From Balanoglossus misakiensis (Eukaryota > Animalia > Hemichordata), in assembly GCA_040954595.2 (NCBI GenBank), contig CM082576.2:15485028-15549027 (forward strand): a DNA stretch of 64,000 nucleotides. Reading direction: 5' to 3'. The notes under the pieces are model-generated. The model searched no databases and was not told the origin of the DNA. It saw only the letters and a program-made list of their open reading frames with translations. This document shows positions 24,311 to 42,745 of the stretch, one piece after another. How positions within the stretch are numbered: position 1 is the stretch's first letter; every line of letters begins with the position of its first letter. The position numbers and the translations under genes are program-made.

Positions 24311-25456
24311 CAGTGAAGTAGTTGTAACAGTTGATGGTTTTTGCGCTATTTTTGTCTTTTGGTGATGTACCATGTTATTGTTGACAATAGAATTGTAGTC
24401 CGTTCCAACATTCAATTTAAACAATAATGTTGCTGTTTAGGCCAGAGAGAAAAAAATCTTGTTCATCGGATTTTTGGACCTAGTTCCAGGAGCGGCGAGC
24501 GAATTAAAAAAAAATTAGGCTGAAGGTTCTCTGGCATATTTGAACATATGTAGACTTTGTTAGACAATTGTTTCCCTTTTACCGGAAATATCTCAGACAA
24601 AAACACTGATACATGTACTTGTAACTGAATTCAATACTATATTTCCCAACAATAACATAGGCCATTACATTCACAACTTTATTCTGTAAATACCACACGG
24701 TGTATGTTAGTGTGCGTGTTGTTTGCCACAGACAGAGGTTGTTCGAAAGGCCTTCAGTAACCTTTATTTATGACTTGGTTGGGGTAATGGCTGGTGCGAC
24801 GAATCCTTCTAAGGCAAAGAGTAAGCACGCTCGAAATTCGGGAAGAGCTTCAACGGACACTGGCCACAGCGGTAAAGCACAACGCAGATTGCCCGCGTTG
24901 AGACCCCGTCGTAAAGCCAGGAATCGTTCTTCATCAACACAGTCGTGTCTTCTGCTTCGGAAAACATGGGGAATTCCGATGCGAGAGCAAACTGACGAAT
25001 ATTGACGTCTCTGGACGGTCAGTAGTCGACAAGGCCGGCTTTGATCATTTTGCAAAAAGTTCTGTTAGGCTAACCGTGCCGGTCTTTACAGAGACAACAC
25101 AACTGAGGAGAATCCATGGACATCATTTGTGAATTTATTAAATTTTCGCACTCTCAACTCCCCGTATCTGTCTCAATCAAGATGTCCAAGGGTGTTTTTT
25201 AAACTTCTAACATCTGTCACAGTGACTGTTCTTATCGTTTAAAATAATCCGTCTCTAGGGTCTCGAACTTCAATTATAGTACTGTCGAACTGTTTTCATG
25301 CCCATCACCATTCAACCTCATCCATATCACTGTACAGCAAACATTTGTTGAAATGAATACATTATATTGTATATTGTTTTGTTAACACTTCTATATGGTG
25401 AAATAAACATGAAAATGAAAAAATATCCGCTAAATACGTTTGTCGGTATGTACAAT

Positions 25457-25976
25457 GTATGTATGTATGTATGTATGTATGTATGTATGTATGTATGTAT
25501 GTATGTATGTATGTATGTATGTATGTATGTATGTATGTATGTATGTATGTATGTATGTATGTATGTATGTATGTATGTATGTATGTATGTATGTATGTAT
25601 GTATGTATGTATGTATGTATGTATGTATGTATGTATGTATGTATGTATGTATGTATGTATGTATGTATGTATGTATGTATGTATGTTATGTGTGTGTATG
25701 TTATGTGTATGTTATGTGTATGTATGTATGTATGTATGTATGTATGTATGTATGTATGTATGTATGTATGTATGTATGTATGTATGTATGTATGTATGTA
25801 TGTATGTATGTATGTATGTATGTATGTATGTATGTATGTATGTATGTATGTATGTATGTATGTATGTATGTATGTATGTATGTATGTATGTATGTATGTA
25901 TGTATGTATGTATGTATGTATGTATGTATGTATGTATGTATGTATGTATGTGTGTGTATGTTATGTGTATGTTATG

Positions 25977-26008
<32 letters not shown>

Positions 26009-26309
26009 TGTATGTATGTATGTATGTATGTATGTATGTATGTATGTATGTATGTATGTATGCATGTATGTATGTATGTATGTATGTATTGTATGTATGT
26101 ATGTATGTACGTACGTACGTACGTACGTACGTACGTATGTATGTATGTATGTATGTATGTATGTATGTATGTATGTATGTATGTATGTATGTATGTATGT
26201 ATGTATGTATGTATGTATGTATGTATGTATGTATGTATGTATGTATGTATGTATGTATGTATGTATGTATGTATGTATGTATGTGTGTGTATGTTATGTG
26301 TATGTTATG

Positions 26310-26341
<32 letters not shown>

Positions 26342-26628
26342 TGTATGTATGTATGTATGTATGTATGTATGTATGTATGTATGTATGTATGTATGCATGT
26401 ATGTATGTATGTATGTATGTATTGTATGTATGTATGTATGTACGTACGTACGTACGTACGTACGTACGTACGTACGTACGTACGTACGTACGTACGTACG
26501 TACGTACGTATGTATGTATGTATGTATGTATGTATGTATGTATGTATGTATGTATGTATGTATGTATGTATGTATGTATGTATGTATGTATGTATGTATG
26601 TATGTATGTATGTATGTATGTATGTATG
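25457..26628. repeat. (TATG)n array with (TACG)n tracts and an internal higher-order duplication
   Basis: Seen directly; the interruption cassette recurs at ~25685, ~25950 and ~26283. Confidence 0.97.
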
Positions 26629-27590
26629 ATTGTGTGCGTGTGTCATATCTCTTTGCATTACTGTTTAACGATGTGTAGCTTTGAGACATGCTATCTCTGA
26701 AGAAATTCAAATGTAGGAGTGGCTCGATCTTTACCTTTGCTGTTTCTTGGCTGCTCTCTTCTCTGATGCAGTGTGAACCCTGGACATATATACAATTACA
26801 AATCACGAACTCTAAAAAAGGGGGGCAGTGTTAAAATTCTACATTTTGGTCAAACACTGTTACTGACGTAAAAAATAATTTTACAAAATGATAAGTCATG
26901 CCTACGTCATGATAAACATGCCAAGACCTTCTATATATAGATGGACATAGCCGCCATACTTGGGCGCACAATTATGTCAAAGGACAATGTACCCGGGACG
27001 GGGAAAAGGTCACCGTGACCCGTGAAAGGACCGAGAACATTCTTATAAACAAGGCAATGTATGTATTTTAAGCATATAAGGCATGTGGGTTCGATACATA
27101 ATGGATACGTGTGGTCAAATCGAGCGTTGAAAGTCGTCCTTGAGTACAAAAACAACACGGGGTCAAAAGTCTACAAAGGCTTCCAATGGCAGTGTTCTCC
27201 GCGACCTACATTCACTCGTATTAAAGTGTGATCCAACTAGCTCTCAGACAAAGATGACCTTCAAATGATCACGAATGAACTTTCAACCTTTCACACAGCG
27301 AATCAAGGCCAGTACAAAGAACTCCTGCTTTGGGTGTCACGATGTCTGGCAAACTAAGAATTAGGTCCATAAACGTATCAGAAACATGGCTCAACAACTG
27401 ACAGACGATTTCAAACGACCTCAGGAGCATTTGTACAAGGGGGTCCGTATGAAAACACTCACTCCAGCTGTCTCTTTGGATGCGATTCGGGAAATGGAAG
27501 TTCGTGACGACGATATATGGCTGATTAGCTACCCAAAATCAGGTTGGTTCTTACGATAAATTAAGTTGCCAATATGCTGTATAGACGGAG
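26629..27590 (+). repeat. Copy 1 of a ~960-bp direct duplication (copy 2 is 31537-32502) containing the upstream region and first exon of the sulfotransferase
   Basis: Colinear near-identity from ATTGTGTGCGTGTGTCATATC to CTGTATAGAC; both copies are bounded by TATG arrays. Confidence 0.95.
27386..27542 (+). CDS. Duplicated, open first coding exon of the sulfotransferase (alternative exon 1 or pseudo-exon)
   Basis: MAQQLTDDFKRPQEHLYKGVRMKTLTPAVSLDAIREMEVRDDDIWLISYPKS, then G|GT; same phase as copy 2. Confidence 0.6.
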
Positions 27591-28121
<531 letters not shown>

Positions 28122-31100
28122 AGAATGAAGTGGTCAAGAAGCACCAACTCTTGGACACAATGTTCTTCAATGCAAACTAATTTTATTTCCGACGTTTCGT
28201 GGGATTAATCCCACTTCATCAGGGTAAAAACCGAAATAAACGAGACAAGTAACAAATAAATGATATAAAAATGGTGTAAAATAAGAGGTTTAAACTAAAA
28301 TACGCAAAAATGAATAGTAGGTAAAGGAACACGTACTCACTTGCCGAGAGCCAAAGTGGAACTGACAGAGATTTTGAATGTATGGTAGGTGTTACGTAAG
28401 ACTGACCAGTTGGGGTGATTTACATAAAATACGGGAAAATTATGATGTGTAAATTACCTAGTGACTAAAAATAGCTGGAGTGTATACAGAAAGCCAAGCT
28501 GAGAGGGACTGTTGTAACAAAAACTAAAATAGTAAAAAATGGAATAAAATGAACGCCTACTAAAAACAGCTCAAAATAAGATAAAATATCGAAAGTTACG
28601 GTAAACGGGTTTTTACAAGATTGCAGGTATGGGTGACTCTCTATTGAGTCCCCTAGAATACATAGTGTCCAATGAAAAAAATCCACTTTGTTTCTGTAAT
28701 GTCCCTGGTGTGTTTATCATCTTTACCCAACGATTCCAAGATGACCACTTTCATGTTTTTAACAGAGTGGTTGGGTTGATTAAAATGTTGGCTCACAAAT
28801 AGGGCTGGATTATAAGGGTCGTTGTTTTTACATTTTATCATACTTCTGTGTCCAGCCATTCTGAATCTAAGTTTGTTTTTGGTTTGACCGACATATTGAC
28901 AATAACAAGTATTACAAAAAATACAGTAAACAACATTTTCTGTATTACAGTCGAAATGTCCATGTAATTTGAAGGTTTTACCATTAGTGTGACTAGTAAT
29001 TGTTTTTGTGGAAACCTTTTGTGGACACATGATGCGGCATTTGCTGTCCTTGCAAGGTCCTGAACCTTTTTCAGTCGGAATGTGTTCTTTTAGTTTGTGT
29101 CTTACAATCAGCTGACATACTTCACCAAGTATATTCGCACATACTCTTTCCGCGATGAGTGGAGGCGTGGGTGAAACAGTTCGCATTCTCTGTGAAAGAT
29201 GTAGAATTCCATGATGTTTTTTCGCGATCTGCCTGACGTCTGGTCGTTTGGGGTTAAAGTCACTCACCCAGACCACTTTGTCCGTTGACTTTTTCTCCTT
29301 GTATTTTAACAGAGTTGATCGTGGTTTGTGACGTACTTTATATATTGTAGCTGTCATTTTGGCGGCACGGTAACCGTATTTCACGAGTCTGTCTTTGAAT
29401 TCAGCTGCTCTTTGGTCAAACCATGTTTCTAGTGAACAAATTCTGCGTAGTCGAATGATGCCACTGTAAACAATGCTGTTAAAGATGTGTCGTGGGTGGT
29501 GAGAAGATGGGGACAAGTATCTTCCGCTGATCGGTGGGTTTGATGTACAGATCTGTTTCTACTTTCCTATTAATGATACTGGTGGACATATCGAGGAAAT
29601 GTTGGTTTGTCTTACCATATTTCAGTGTGAACCTAATAGATGGATGGATGCTGTTAAGGTGGGTATGGTATAGCAGAAGTTTTCCTTCACCAAGTGTCCA
29701 AATACCGTGTAGATCATCAATGAAGCGTTTGATAAAATGTGGTTGGTTTTCGTGGTTGAGTGTTTTCTTCATAAACCATGTCATAAATATGTTAGCATAC
29801 ATCGGTGCGAATGGTGTTCCCATGGCTGTACCGTGGATTTGAAGGTAGTATTCTCCATGAAATTCAAAACAATTATTCTGGAGGATGATGTTTGCTAATT
29901 CAATTATATCGGTGATGTTCTTAGCCTTCAGGTCCGAGCATGTTTCAAAAGCGTTTTTCAATGCTTCTAGTCCATCTTTGTGTGGGATATTAGGGTACAA
30001 GCTTACGACATCCAGACTGAACAGAAGACTATCTTCAGGCAAGCTTGAAATTTGTCTTGAATTGAGTTGATAAAGTTGATGTAGAAAATCTGTGGAATCC
30101 TGAACTAGGTCACTACAAAACCGGGGTACTATAGCCATAAGTTTATGGTGAAGCCATATAGATGCTCTTTGTGTCGGACTGTTCACCTGTGAAATGATAG
30201 CCCTGATAGGAGGTTTGACATGAATACTGGTGTCAGGAACTTCAAGCTTGTGCCACTTTGCCAAACCGTGTAAGTATGGTGTCGATATATTGTCTTTGTA
30301 GCAAACAGCCGTAACTTCTGTATTCGAAATGGTGGAGTTGGTTTGCATATGTTGGACGTGCTTCACAATTTTGGCATGTACTGTTGGTGTCAAGTCTTTA
30401 CTAACCTTCTGGTAGTATTTTATATCAGATACGTGATCCTTCATGACATCGATGTAATTTTGTCTATTCCAGACGATTACGGAACCACCTTTATCCACTT
30501 TACTGATGTAAATTGAATTGTCATTCCGTAAACTTCTGATTTCTTGTCTTTCTGCTTTAGTCAGATTGTCTCGGGAAGATGGTACACTTTCAGGATCATA
30601 CTGTAATATGTCATGCATTTGGGTTTCACAATATTTATCCATCATTGTGTCTCTACCTGTGTGTGGAGTCCAAGTGCTGGGAATTTTCAGTTCCTTGGGA
30701 AGACATGTAGATTTGTTTGTGCCATTCTGCTTATCACAGAAAAATTCCTTCAGTCTTAAACGTCGATGGTATGAGTATGTATCATTGATGAATTTCCATT
30801 TGCCCCAGGTTTGGGGTGTGGGTACAAATCCCAATCCTCGGTTCAGTAGTGATGTCGCTGCTTGCGTCAGTGGTTTACCACTGATGTTGATAACTGTGTT
30901 ACTTCCCACGGAAATGGAAGAATTTCGCGATTTATGACGTCTGGCATTTCTTTTGTGAATTCTAATGTTTTTATCAAATCTCCGGTGCTGGATACGACGT
31001 GTTGTGTGAGAAGTATTGGCAATCATACCTTGTGTTTTTACCAGTTGTCGTGGTGGTCTCGCTGCTATTATTGACGTAAGTTTGTCCAGTTTATTACCAT

Positions 31101-31482
31101 GCGTGCTTTTTAGTTTCTTCTCGGAGTTCCTCACTTGGTTGCGTAACTGAGCGTTTAAACGGCGATATGTACGTTGGTTCGTTTGTTCGTGAAGTTTCTC
31201 CAAAAGGAGTTTGTTTTTGCTATCCAGTTCTGGACACAGTTCATATTTATAGAAAGAGATGAGAATGTTCAATAGGTTTTCCGATGTTTCTCTTTATATT
31301 CCAAATTGGTGTTTTGCAGAGGGGGTTTCTTATGCACAAGTAGACCGGATGGTATGACTTTCTGAGTACGGCAGTTTTGCAGGAATGATAAATGCGATCT
31401 AAATCTTACCGTAACGCTTCTGTCCGTAGTATTTCTTAGTTTGCTGTAGATCTTTTGAAGATCTTGTGAAGATTCTTGGCCA
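28122..31482 (-). mobile_element. Penelope-like retroelement (Neptune-type): RT + C-terminal GIY-YIG, frameshifted, probably 5'-truncated
   Basis: RT motifs SKVDKGGSVIVW, FSLDVVSLYPNI, GTAMGTPFAP, RFIDDL; Cys-rich linker CKDSKCRIMC; endonuclease VVYCIFC..CQYVGQT. Frameshifts near 31270, 29516 and 28680. TACATGTAT at both junctions (28113-28121, 31483-31491). Confidence 0.92.
28181..28229 (-). ncRNA. Minimal type I hammerhead ribozyme in the Penelope 3' terminal region
   Basis: Minus strand reads TTTTACC-CTGATGA-A-GTGGGA-TTAA-TCCCAC-GAAA-CG-TC-GGAAATAAAA: intact core, perfect stem II, minimal palindromic stem III, bulged stem I. Confidence 0.85.
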
Positions 31483-32293
31483 TACATGTATGTATGTATG
31501 TATGTATGTATGTATGTATGTATGTATGCATGCATGATTGTGTGCGTGTGTCATATCTCTTTGCATTACTGTTTAACGATGTGTAGGTTTGAGACATGCT
31601 ATCTCTGAAGAAATTCAAATGTAGGATTGGCTCGATCTTTACCTTTGCTGGTTCTTGGCTGCTCTGTTCTCTGATGCAGTGTGAACCCTGGACATATAAA
31701 ATTACAAATCACGAACTCTAAAAAAGGGGGGCAGTGTTAAAATTCTACATTTTGGTGAAACACTGTTTCAGACGTAAAAAAAATAATTTTACAAAATGAT
31801 AAGTCATGCCTACGTCATGTTAAACATGCCAAGACCTTCTATATATAGATGGACATAGCCGCCATACTTGGGCGCAAAATTATGTCAAAGGTCAATGTAC
31901 CCGGGACGGGAAAAGGTCACCATGACCCGTGGAAGGACCTAGAACTTCCTTATAAACAAGACAATGTATGTATTATAAGCAGAAAAGGCATGTGGGTTCG
32001 ATAAATAACGGATACGTGTGGTCAAATCGAGCGTTGGAAGTCGTCCTTGAGTACAAAAACAACACGGGGTCAAAAGTCTACAAAGGCTTCCAATGGCAGT
32101 GTTCTCCGCGACCTACATTCACTCTTATTAAAGTGTGATCCAACTATCTCTCAGACAAAGATGACCTTCAAATGATCACGAATGAACTTTCAACCTTTCA
32201 CACAGCGATTCAGGCCAGTATAAAGATCTCCTGTTTTGGGTGTCACCAAGTCTGGCAAACTAAGAATTTATAGTCCACAAACGGATCAGAAAC

Positions 32294-36059
<3,766 letters not shown>

Positions 36060-36306
36060 ACTCTAATTTTGAGGTGCGTGTGCATGTCACTTTGAATGAT
36101 GATAAGCTAAATATTGTGTACGATTCGGGATATCCCTTGCATTTTGTATTGTATTGTATTGCAGACTCACACATGTTATGTTTTCCGCCATGTCGAGGGT
36201 TAAGATGACATGAACTATGAATTCAGGCATCGTCCACGCAATCTTGCCCAAAACACCGCCATGACGATGGTGTAAACGTTTGCAGTGAGTGAATGTAAAC
36301 CGCAGG

Positions 36307-36681
36307 GTTACTACAAACATGCAGAACAGTTGCTAAGCAAAACCATTCTTGCTGTTGTTTAATCATTTTCAGGCAATTGACAAAACGCAAATCCTGTACC
36401 TGGGTAACGTTAAAGACATGGATCTGTAAACCGAAAGTGGAACACGTGTTCTGAAAATAATTTTAAATCAATGTTAATCGATGGAATTTATGAATTATAA
36501 TGAACACCTGCAGTTTTACTCTCTTGTCTTGTATTTTGTCGTGTTGCTTGAGGATTTCTTCACATCTCTTTTGTCAGAGTGGTGCAGCAATGAATGAAAG
36601 TTTAAAAGCAATAATTAAAGCATGGTTATGTACTACCGGTATATTTATCATTCAAATAAGTGGTGATGGGTGTGGAACGAA
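36307..36681 (+). repeat. Copy 1 of a dispersed direct repeat (copy 2 is 43267-43958, with a ~310-bp insertion)
   Basis: Near-identical from GTTACTACA..CATGCAGAACAGTTGCTAAGCAA to GTGATGGGTGTGGAACGAA. Confidence 0.9.
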
Positions 36682-37564
36682 GTGGTTTTTGGACCAAATT
36701 GACCTTATTTGCTTTTCTCAACCGTTTAGTCGATTGTCACAATGAAACATTCTAAGTACACGTATTGATTTTCTGGGGACAGTGCTTTGATTGGAAATGA
36801 TGACGTTCGCTGTTTAACTTACACTGGCTTTGCGGCATCGCATGGTGTCGTCCGTATCAAACTTATGATGGCGGGTTACACATTGTGGAACCAGTACAAG
36901 TAGAAATGGCTGCACGTACACACAGACCTGATGACACATACGCTGACCGGATTTGCCTCTGGTATATATTGCCCATTTGGCGTTTGTTGGCAGTAAAGAC
37001 TATGTTCTGTAAATCTGCGACCCCTGGAGTCATAACAGAGGTGCAAGTTGCAATGTAAATTTGGGGAATGGGCGGTGAAGGCGGTTAAAGTCTCCATCTT
37101 ACACCTGTTATTTCAATGATCTATCCCCGGCCAATGTAGCAGGCTGACTTGGCCGTGAAAAACAGAACGGAGGGTGAAGGGTTGTTATGGCTGGTGGATT
37201 GGACGAATGGATGAGTGGGCGGGTGGTTTAGTCAGTTGGTTGACGGAGGGACGGATGGCTTTGGGCTACTTGGATACCGAATAGTTGGATACTCGTGTAC
37301 ACCTGCCCGCGGCGGGGGTTATTGCTAAAACACATTGCATGTACTCTTCATCAAAACAAAGGTATCATGGCATACTAAGTTGAAGGTTTGATACTGTTGT
37401 GTGCGCTAGCCCTGGAGCTTGAACTTTAAACATAAAAGCAATGCATGCAGAATACGAAGATCAGTCTAACATGGTAGAAGGTTGGAGTCACAACTCTCCG
37501 TAAACGTTGCAATCATCATATGAAGTAATATATCTTTTTGATCATCGATTTAAGTAGACACATA

Positions 37565-40500
37565 ATGGCTGAGGTACTGCCGAGCTCGATGTTGGTAAGT
37601 AGAACAAATTTAGTGTTTGTAACACAACAAGAATAGTCAGTACCACAAGCTCATAGGACTTTAACGTCGGTATAAAACTGCCAACATGAGAAGTCAGCAA
37701 AACACCACCATCTTCGATTGCAAAACTAGTTAGCCGTTCATAATATTCATGAAAGTCTTCCCAATGTTGAGCACATTGGAGTAAGTCCATGTGTAACACA
37801 AAGCGTGTAGTAAACTACGATGAAACAGCAAGCAAACCTAGTTGTATCCGATTTCGTTGTCTACGTCGCATTCGCTGTGAACAGTTCTACCGATAATATA
37901 TGGTCGCCAACTTTTCGGTTGAGTAAAAGTGCCAATTGCACTCCTCCAAGCTACCACCCCGACGCCCATGGTTAAGAAACGTGACTTTTCTTGTAAAAGA
38001 ATATTAATTTTCTGGTCGCAAAATCTCAAATAATTTAGTCAGTTATACAAGTACTTTCAGGAGCTCAACCTTTTCTGCTCACCGCCATTCAGAGTCATGG
38101 TCAAGTGTCCCACTCTATCGTGTGCATGTATGTATGCTCGCATGTATTACGTAAATGTATGGTCAGGTGGGAAGGATGTTAACTATGATAGTATAGCAGG
38201 GAGGTAAGTATAGGAAGACATGGCGCGGAAATGTAGGTGGGTGGCTGAATGGATCGGTGGTTGGGCGAGTGTGTGTGTCAGTGAGGGCGGGTGGGAGTGA
38301 GGGAGGGAGTTAACTTCCTTGCTACCGAGGTAACTATGCAGACTGACTGACTGACTCACACCCATCCTTCCACTCACTTTATTTACTCATACAGACCAGA
38401 GAAACACATGAAATTCAAGGAAGGAAAAGACGTGTCGCCATTGTACTGTTAGTGATTGGTGCGTTGGCATCGGTGGCTTTGATGAGTGGTTTAATTTATA
38501 AATGTAAGTACAATACTTTATCTAAACCAAACGCTACAATAGTCATTGTGTTGTTGTGGAAGTTCAACGCAATCGGAGGTTCATAAAAAATTTCAAATTT
38601 GTACACTAAACGAAAGAGATACACAAATCTTAAAAATGAGCAGAATCACGAAAATGTCAATAAGAAAAGGCTGAAATGTAGAATGGACACATTCCCTGCC
38701 CCAAAAAATCAAATCTGCTTCAATCTCTACCTTTTAAAGTGTACCATTGAAATCGTGTCCATTTATTTTTTTTCTTTCAGTTTGCAGCCAGTGTGCATTG
38801 TCCACCGTGTCTCCAGGGAACCGAGGTATTTACTTTAATCTGCACCTGGGAGATAGATTTTAAGAGAAAAAGGGAAATACCTTCAAACATTTTAATTCTT
38901 TGCTATATTAAAGTGTGTATGGAATCGTTTTTGAAATCAAAGACGTAAACAGGGCGTTCTATCACCGCTCCGTCTTGTTTTTATAAAACCCTTTGCTTTT
39001 AAATGACTTTGTTTTCTCCATAATGTGGTCATTTTGAATTTCAAATGTGAGGTATCGCATTCAAACGTTTGCATGTTAAAGCCATTTTTATATCCTGAAT
39101 GTTAAAAGAGATATATCCGACAATGACATTGGTTATTTATACATGGTATGTAGTTTGGCATTTGAACATTCTGGGCGTTCTCTTATGTAAATTGATTCCA
39201 GTTGCCTTTTTCCATTCCACAGAAGACTTAGAGCAACCAAAAACAACATTGGGGCCCCCAGAGGCTCTGACAGAAGCGCTGATACCAACAGAACGACCCC
39301 TGCCGAGTACAGGTAAGATATGCTATATATCGCACTTAGTCTAGCATACAGCTTATTTACTATTGAGATATGAATGTTAAATGTTGGTAGCTTCAGGTAT
39401 CACGTTTATACACAGACAATGTTGTTGTGTTTCCCAAAACCTAGAAAATCCCCAAACAACAATGACGCCCCCAGGGGCGTTGACAGAAGCGCCGACACAA
39501 ACAGAACCAACACCAACACCAACAGAACCACCATTGTTGAGAACAGGTAAGATATGCTAATTATCGCATGGAGATATGTCATTGGCTTTAATTTGTCAAA
39601 ATAAAAAACAACGCCCATACAGAATTCTTCACAACTTTCCATAATACAATTACCTTACAATATGATGGAATCTTCAACAAAGAAAACAGCCCGATGTATT
39701 AAGTTTCAAAATGTTGCCGAATGTGTTTGTGATATTCCAAGTATGTATGTATGTATGTATGTATGTATGTATGTATGTATGTATGTATGTATGTATGTAT
39801 GTATGTATGTATGTATGTATGTATGTATGTATGTATGTATGTATGTATGTATGTATGTATGTATGTATGTATGTATGTATGTATGTATGTATGTATGTAT
39901 GTATGTATGTATGTATGTATGTATGTATGTATGTATGTATGTATGTATGTATGTATGTATGTATGTATGTATGTACATGTATGTATGTATGTACATGTAT
40001 GTATGTATGTACATGTATGTATGTATGTATGTATGTATGTATGTATGTATGTATGTATGTATGTATGTATGTATGTATGTATGTATGTATGTATGTATGT
40101 ATGTATGTATGTATGTATGTATGTATGTATGTATGTATGTATGTATGTATGTATGTATGTATGTATGTATGTATGTATGTATGTATGTATGTATGTATGT
40201 ATGTATGTATGTATGTATGTATGTATGTATGTATGTATGTATGTATGTATGTATGTATGTATGTATGTATGTATGTATGTATGTATGTATGTATGTATGT
40301 ATGTATGTATGTATGTATGTATGTATGTATGTATGTATGTATGTATGCATGCATGCATGCATGCATGCATGCATGCATGCATGCATGCATGCATGCATGT
40401 ATGCATGCATGTATGTATGTATGTAAGTGTATTTGGTCGCAGTAAATATTATGTTAACGACATCTCTACGATTATCAAAATTTTAGGAAGAAAACCTTCG

Positions 40501-41819
40501 CTTTCCACAAATAATAACATGTGCATCGCTGCATGTTTTGTTTACCTTTTTAGTACTTCAAGTTGCACTCAATGTTGCTCTCAATAAAACAGTGAGAGGA
40601 ATAAGGCTTGAACCAGACACACTGGACACACTACCTTACCTAGTCGATGGTAACCCGCAAACTTGTGCTGATTCTGGTCCCGTTGTTGAACGACCAACAT
40701 TTCAGATTGATTTGGGAAGTCAACATCGAATTGAAAGTGTCAATTTTGTGTTTCCGCCTAGCTGCAGCGAGAGCCTAACAAAGGGTGGCTGTAAGTAGAT
40801 CTATGCTTTTCTTATGTACAGTGCATTACATCATACACTTGAACATAAATGAGAAAGGTGAGAATTTGAATCAGATCTTAATGTTCGAATGATATGTATA
40901 TATATTCATAATCAGTGCACAGATATTTGTTCAACCCCTCGTTTAATTTGACTAGAAAGGCACGTAAGCTGCAACTGGATAAAAAAAATTAAAGTTTTAA
41001 ATAATCTCATATATGCTTTTAATTATGTCTATTCAATGATATTTCATGATAATATATCAAGCTCAACACCTATTTATGACAAAATGGCCAAAAATTAAAG
41101 AAAAACGAAAATTCCTGCAATTTAAAAAAAAGTGCAATATTGCAATGAAAAATGAACATCTGATGTCTCAGTGGTGTACATTTACTTCAATGAGCTCAAG
41201 TGGATGAGATCATGTTTTGCTTTTGAAGTTTCACAACCGGAAATGCAACATTTTCATTGTTTCTTGCATTTTCCCATGGTGGCGGCCATAATCGCTTGCG
41301 GCAAAGCTTTATTATTTATCTGGTTAAAACTTGCATATGCACTCATATTTAGGGTTTATAATGCTTGTGTATTGTTCACTGCCTTCATCTGCATGGACTA
41401 ATGGTAGTGCAGTTTGAAACAAAAATTATGAAAATTATCCCAAAAGTTACAGCTTACGTGCCTTTAATTAATACACTTTCAAAAGACTTCTAATTTGTGT
41501 ATTTAATCATTGACAAACTTTGTTTGTATAGGTAATACTTAACGTGTCAATTTATCAAAATAATGTGAATTTATGCAAAGTTAAAATGGATATCTTTTCT
41601 TCTAAGGTGTGTATCACAACATTGTTATCATTGTCGGTAATGAATTGAACGGCACCGGGGAAGTCTGCGTAAATAGGGAGGATAATGTATTTGTACCAAA
41701 TGGTGAATTTTTATTATGGTGTACAGAGGGCGCTGTTATAGGCAGATATGTAACCTTCATCAAAGATATAGGCTTGCTTCGATCAACTTACCTTTGCGAG
41801 TTACAAGTCTTTGGACAAG
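37565..41819 (+). CDS. Type II membrane protein with a Pro/Thr stalk and an F-type lectin (fucolectin/FTP) domain; exons 37565-37594 (tentative), 38395-38503, 38781-38825, 39223-39312, 39445-39546, 40554-40790, 41607-41819; 3' end unresolved
   Basis: Signal anchor RKRRVAIVLLVIGALASVALMSGLIY. F-type lectin motifs NVALNK, VDGN..TC, P.FQIDLG...IESV, GRYV, LCELQVFG. Phases are consistent; the last exon ends in a donor G|GTAAGT. Confidence 0.78.
39742..40424. repeat. (TATG)n/(CATG)n microsatellite
   Basis: Seen directly. Confidence 0.97.
40958..41463. mobile_element. TTAA-type MITE (Kolobok-like) in an intron
   Basis: AGGCACGTAAGCTG(C)AAC ... GTTACAGCTTACGTGCCT|TTAA; the left TSD is degenerate. 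Confidence 0.65.
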
Positions 41820-42699
41820 GTAAGTATCAATGGTCTTTCATGGGACACTTTGCCGATTTGCGAGGTATTTATTTGTATATCTCGTTCTACAGTCATCCAT
41901 TAAAAGGGACACGTCTCTCTCTTTTCATGTCATAATCCATTAAATACGTTCTACAAATCAATAAGAAACCCATATGATGAACACACATGGCTTGAAGTAT
42001 ATATTTGCTCTTTACACTAAGACTGAGTTTAAGCCTGGTCGTACGCGAGATTAGAATCATCCGCCGTTTTGAACCCGGCTCTGTGGCAAGCAATGTAAAA
42101 ATCCGTCGAGTGAAGTCCGACTTGAAACATCAATATGAGTCGATTATAATTGAAGAATTCCATGAAGATAAAGTTCCGTACCTCGCTGTGATTTCACTGG
42201 GACCATCTTCTTGGGATACATGTATACAGGGAATATACGTGAGCGCGACACCGCACAAGACGCTACCTTACACGACTTAGAACTTTCGACCCGGCCGTGG
42301 GTTTTCAACGTCAAGGAGTGTTTGATTGCATTCCAACGTTGAATTTCTGGGAAAATGTTTTATCTGGCCAGCAGTTTTCCGGGCTCGGTGAGTTGTGGGC
42401 CCGGGTTGTTGGCGACCACATTAACGTTTACCAGCACCGGGCGACAACACACGCTTGTGCATGTATACATTGGTTAAACTATTGGAGCTCACACTAGAAT
42501 AAACTAATAGAAATATAGTGTCTTGTATTGATAAAAAAAGGCAGCGAGGGAGAGACATTGTCCCTTTAATATAAAAAAAAACAAGAGAACCTAGCCATAA
42601 TGGCATTGGAAATATTCACTTTACCACTCTGCTAATTCATTTGTCTGTGATTATTTATGAGAGAAGGGTTATATTATAAATTATCTGTCTTTCTGTCTG

Positions 42700-42711
42700 C
42701 ATGTATGTATG

Positions 42712-42745
<34 letters not shown>

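Noticed and set aside
24438-25250. Possible decayed coding or transposon sequence downstream of the GPCR (lone GGCC-type end; ORFs 24700-25055)
   Set aside because: No paired TIR and no recognisable domain; multiple stops in the frames examined.
28653-31535. Selenocysteine/UGA readthrough in the Penelope ORF (as in Naiad elements)
   Set aside because: The breaks are frameshifts rather than in-frame UGA, and the endonuclease is C-terminal.
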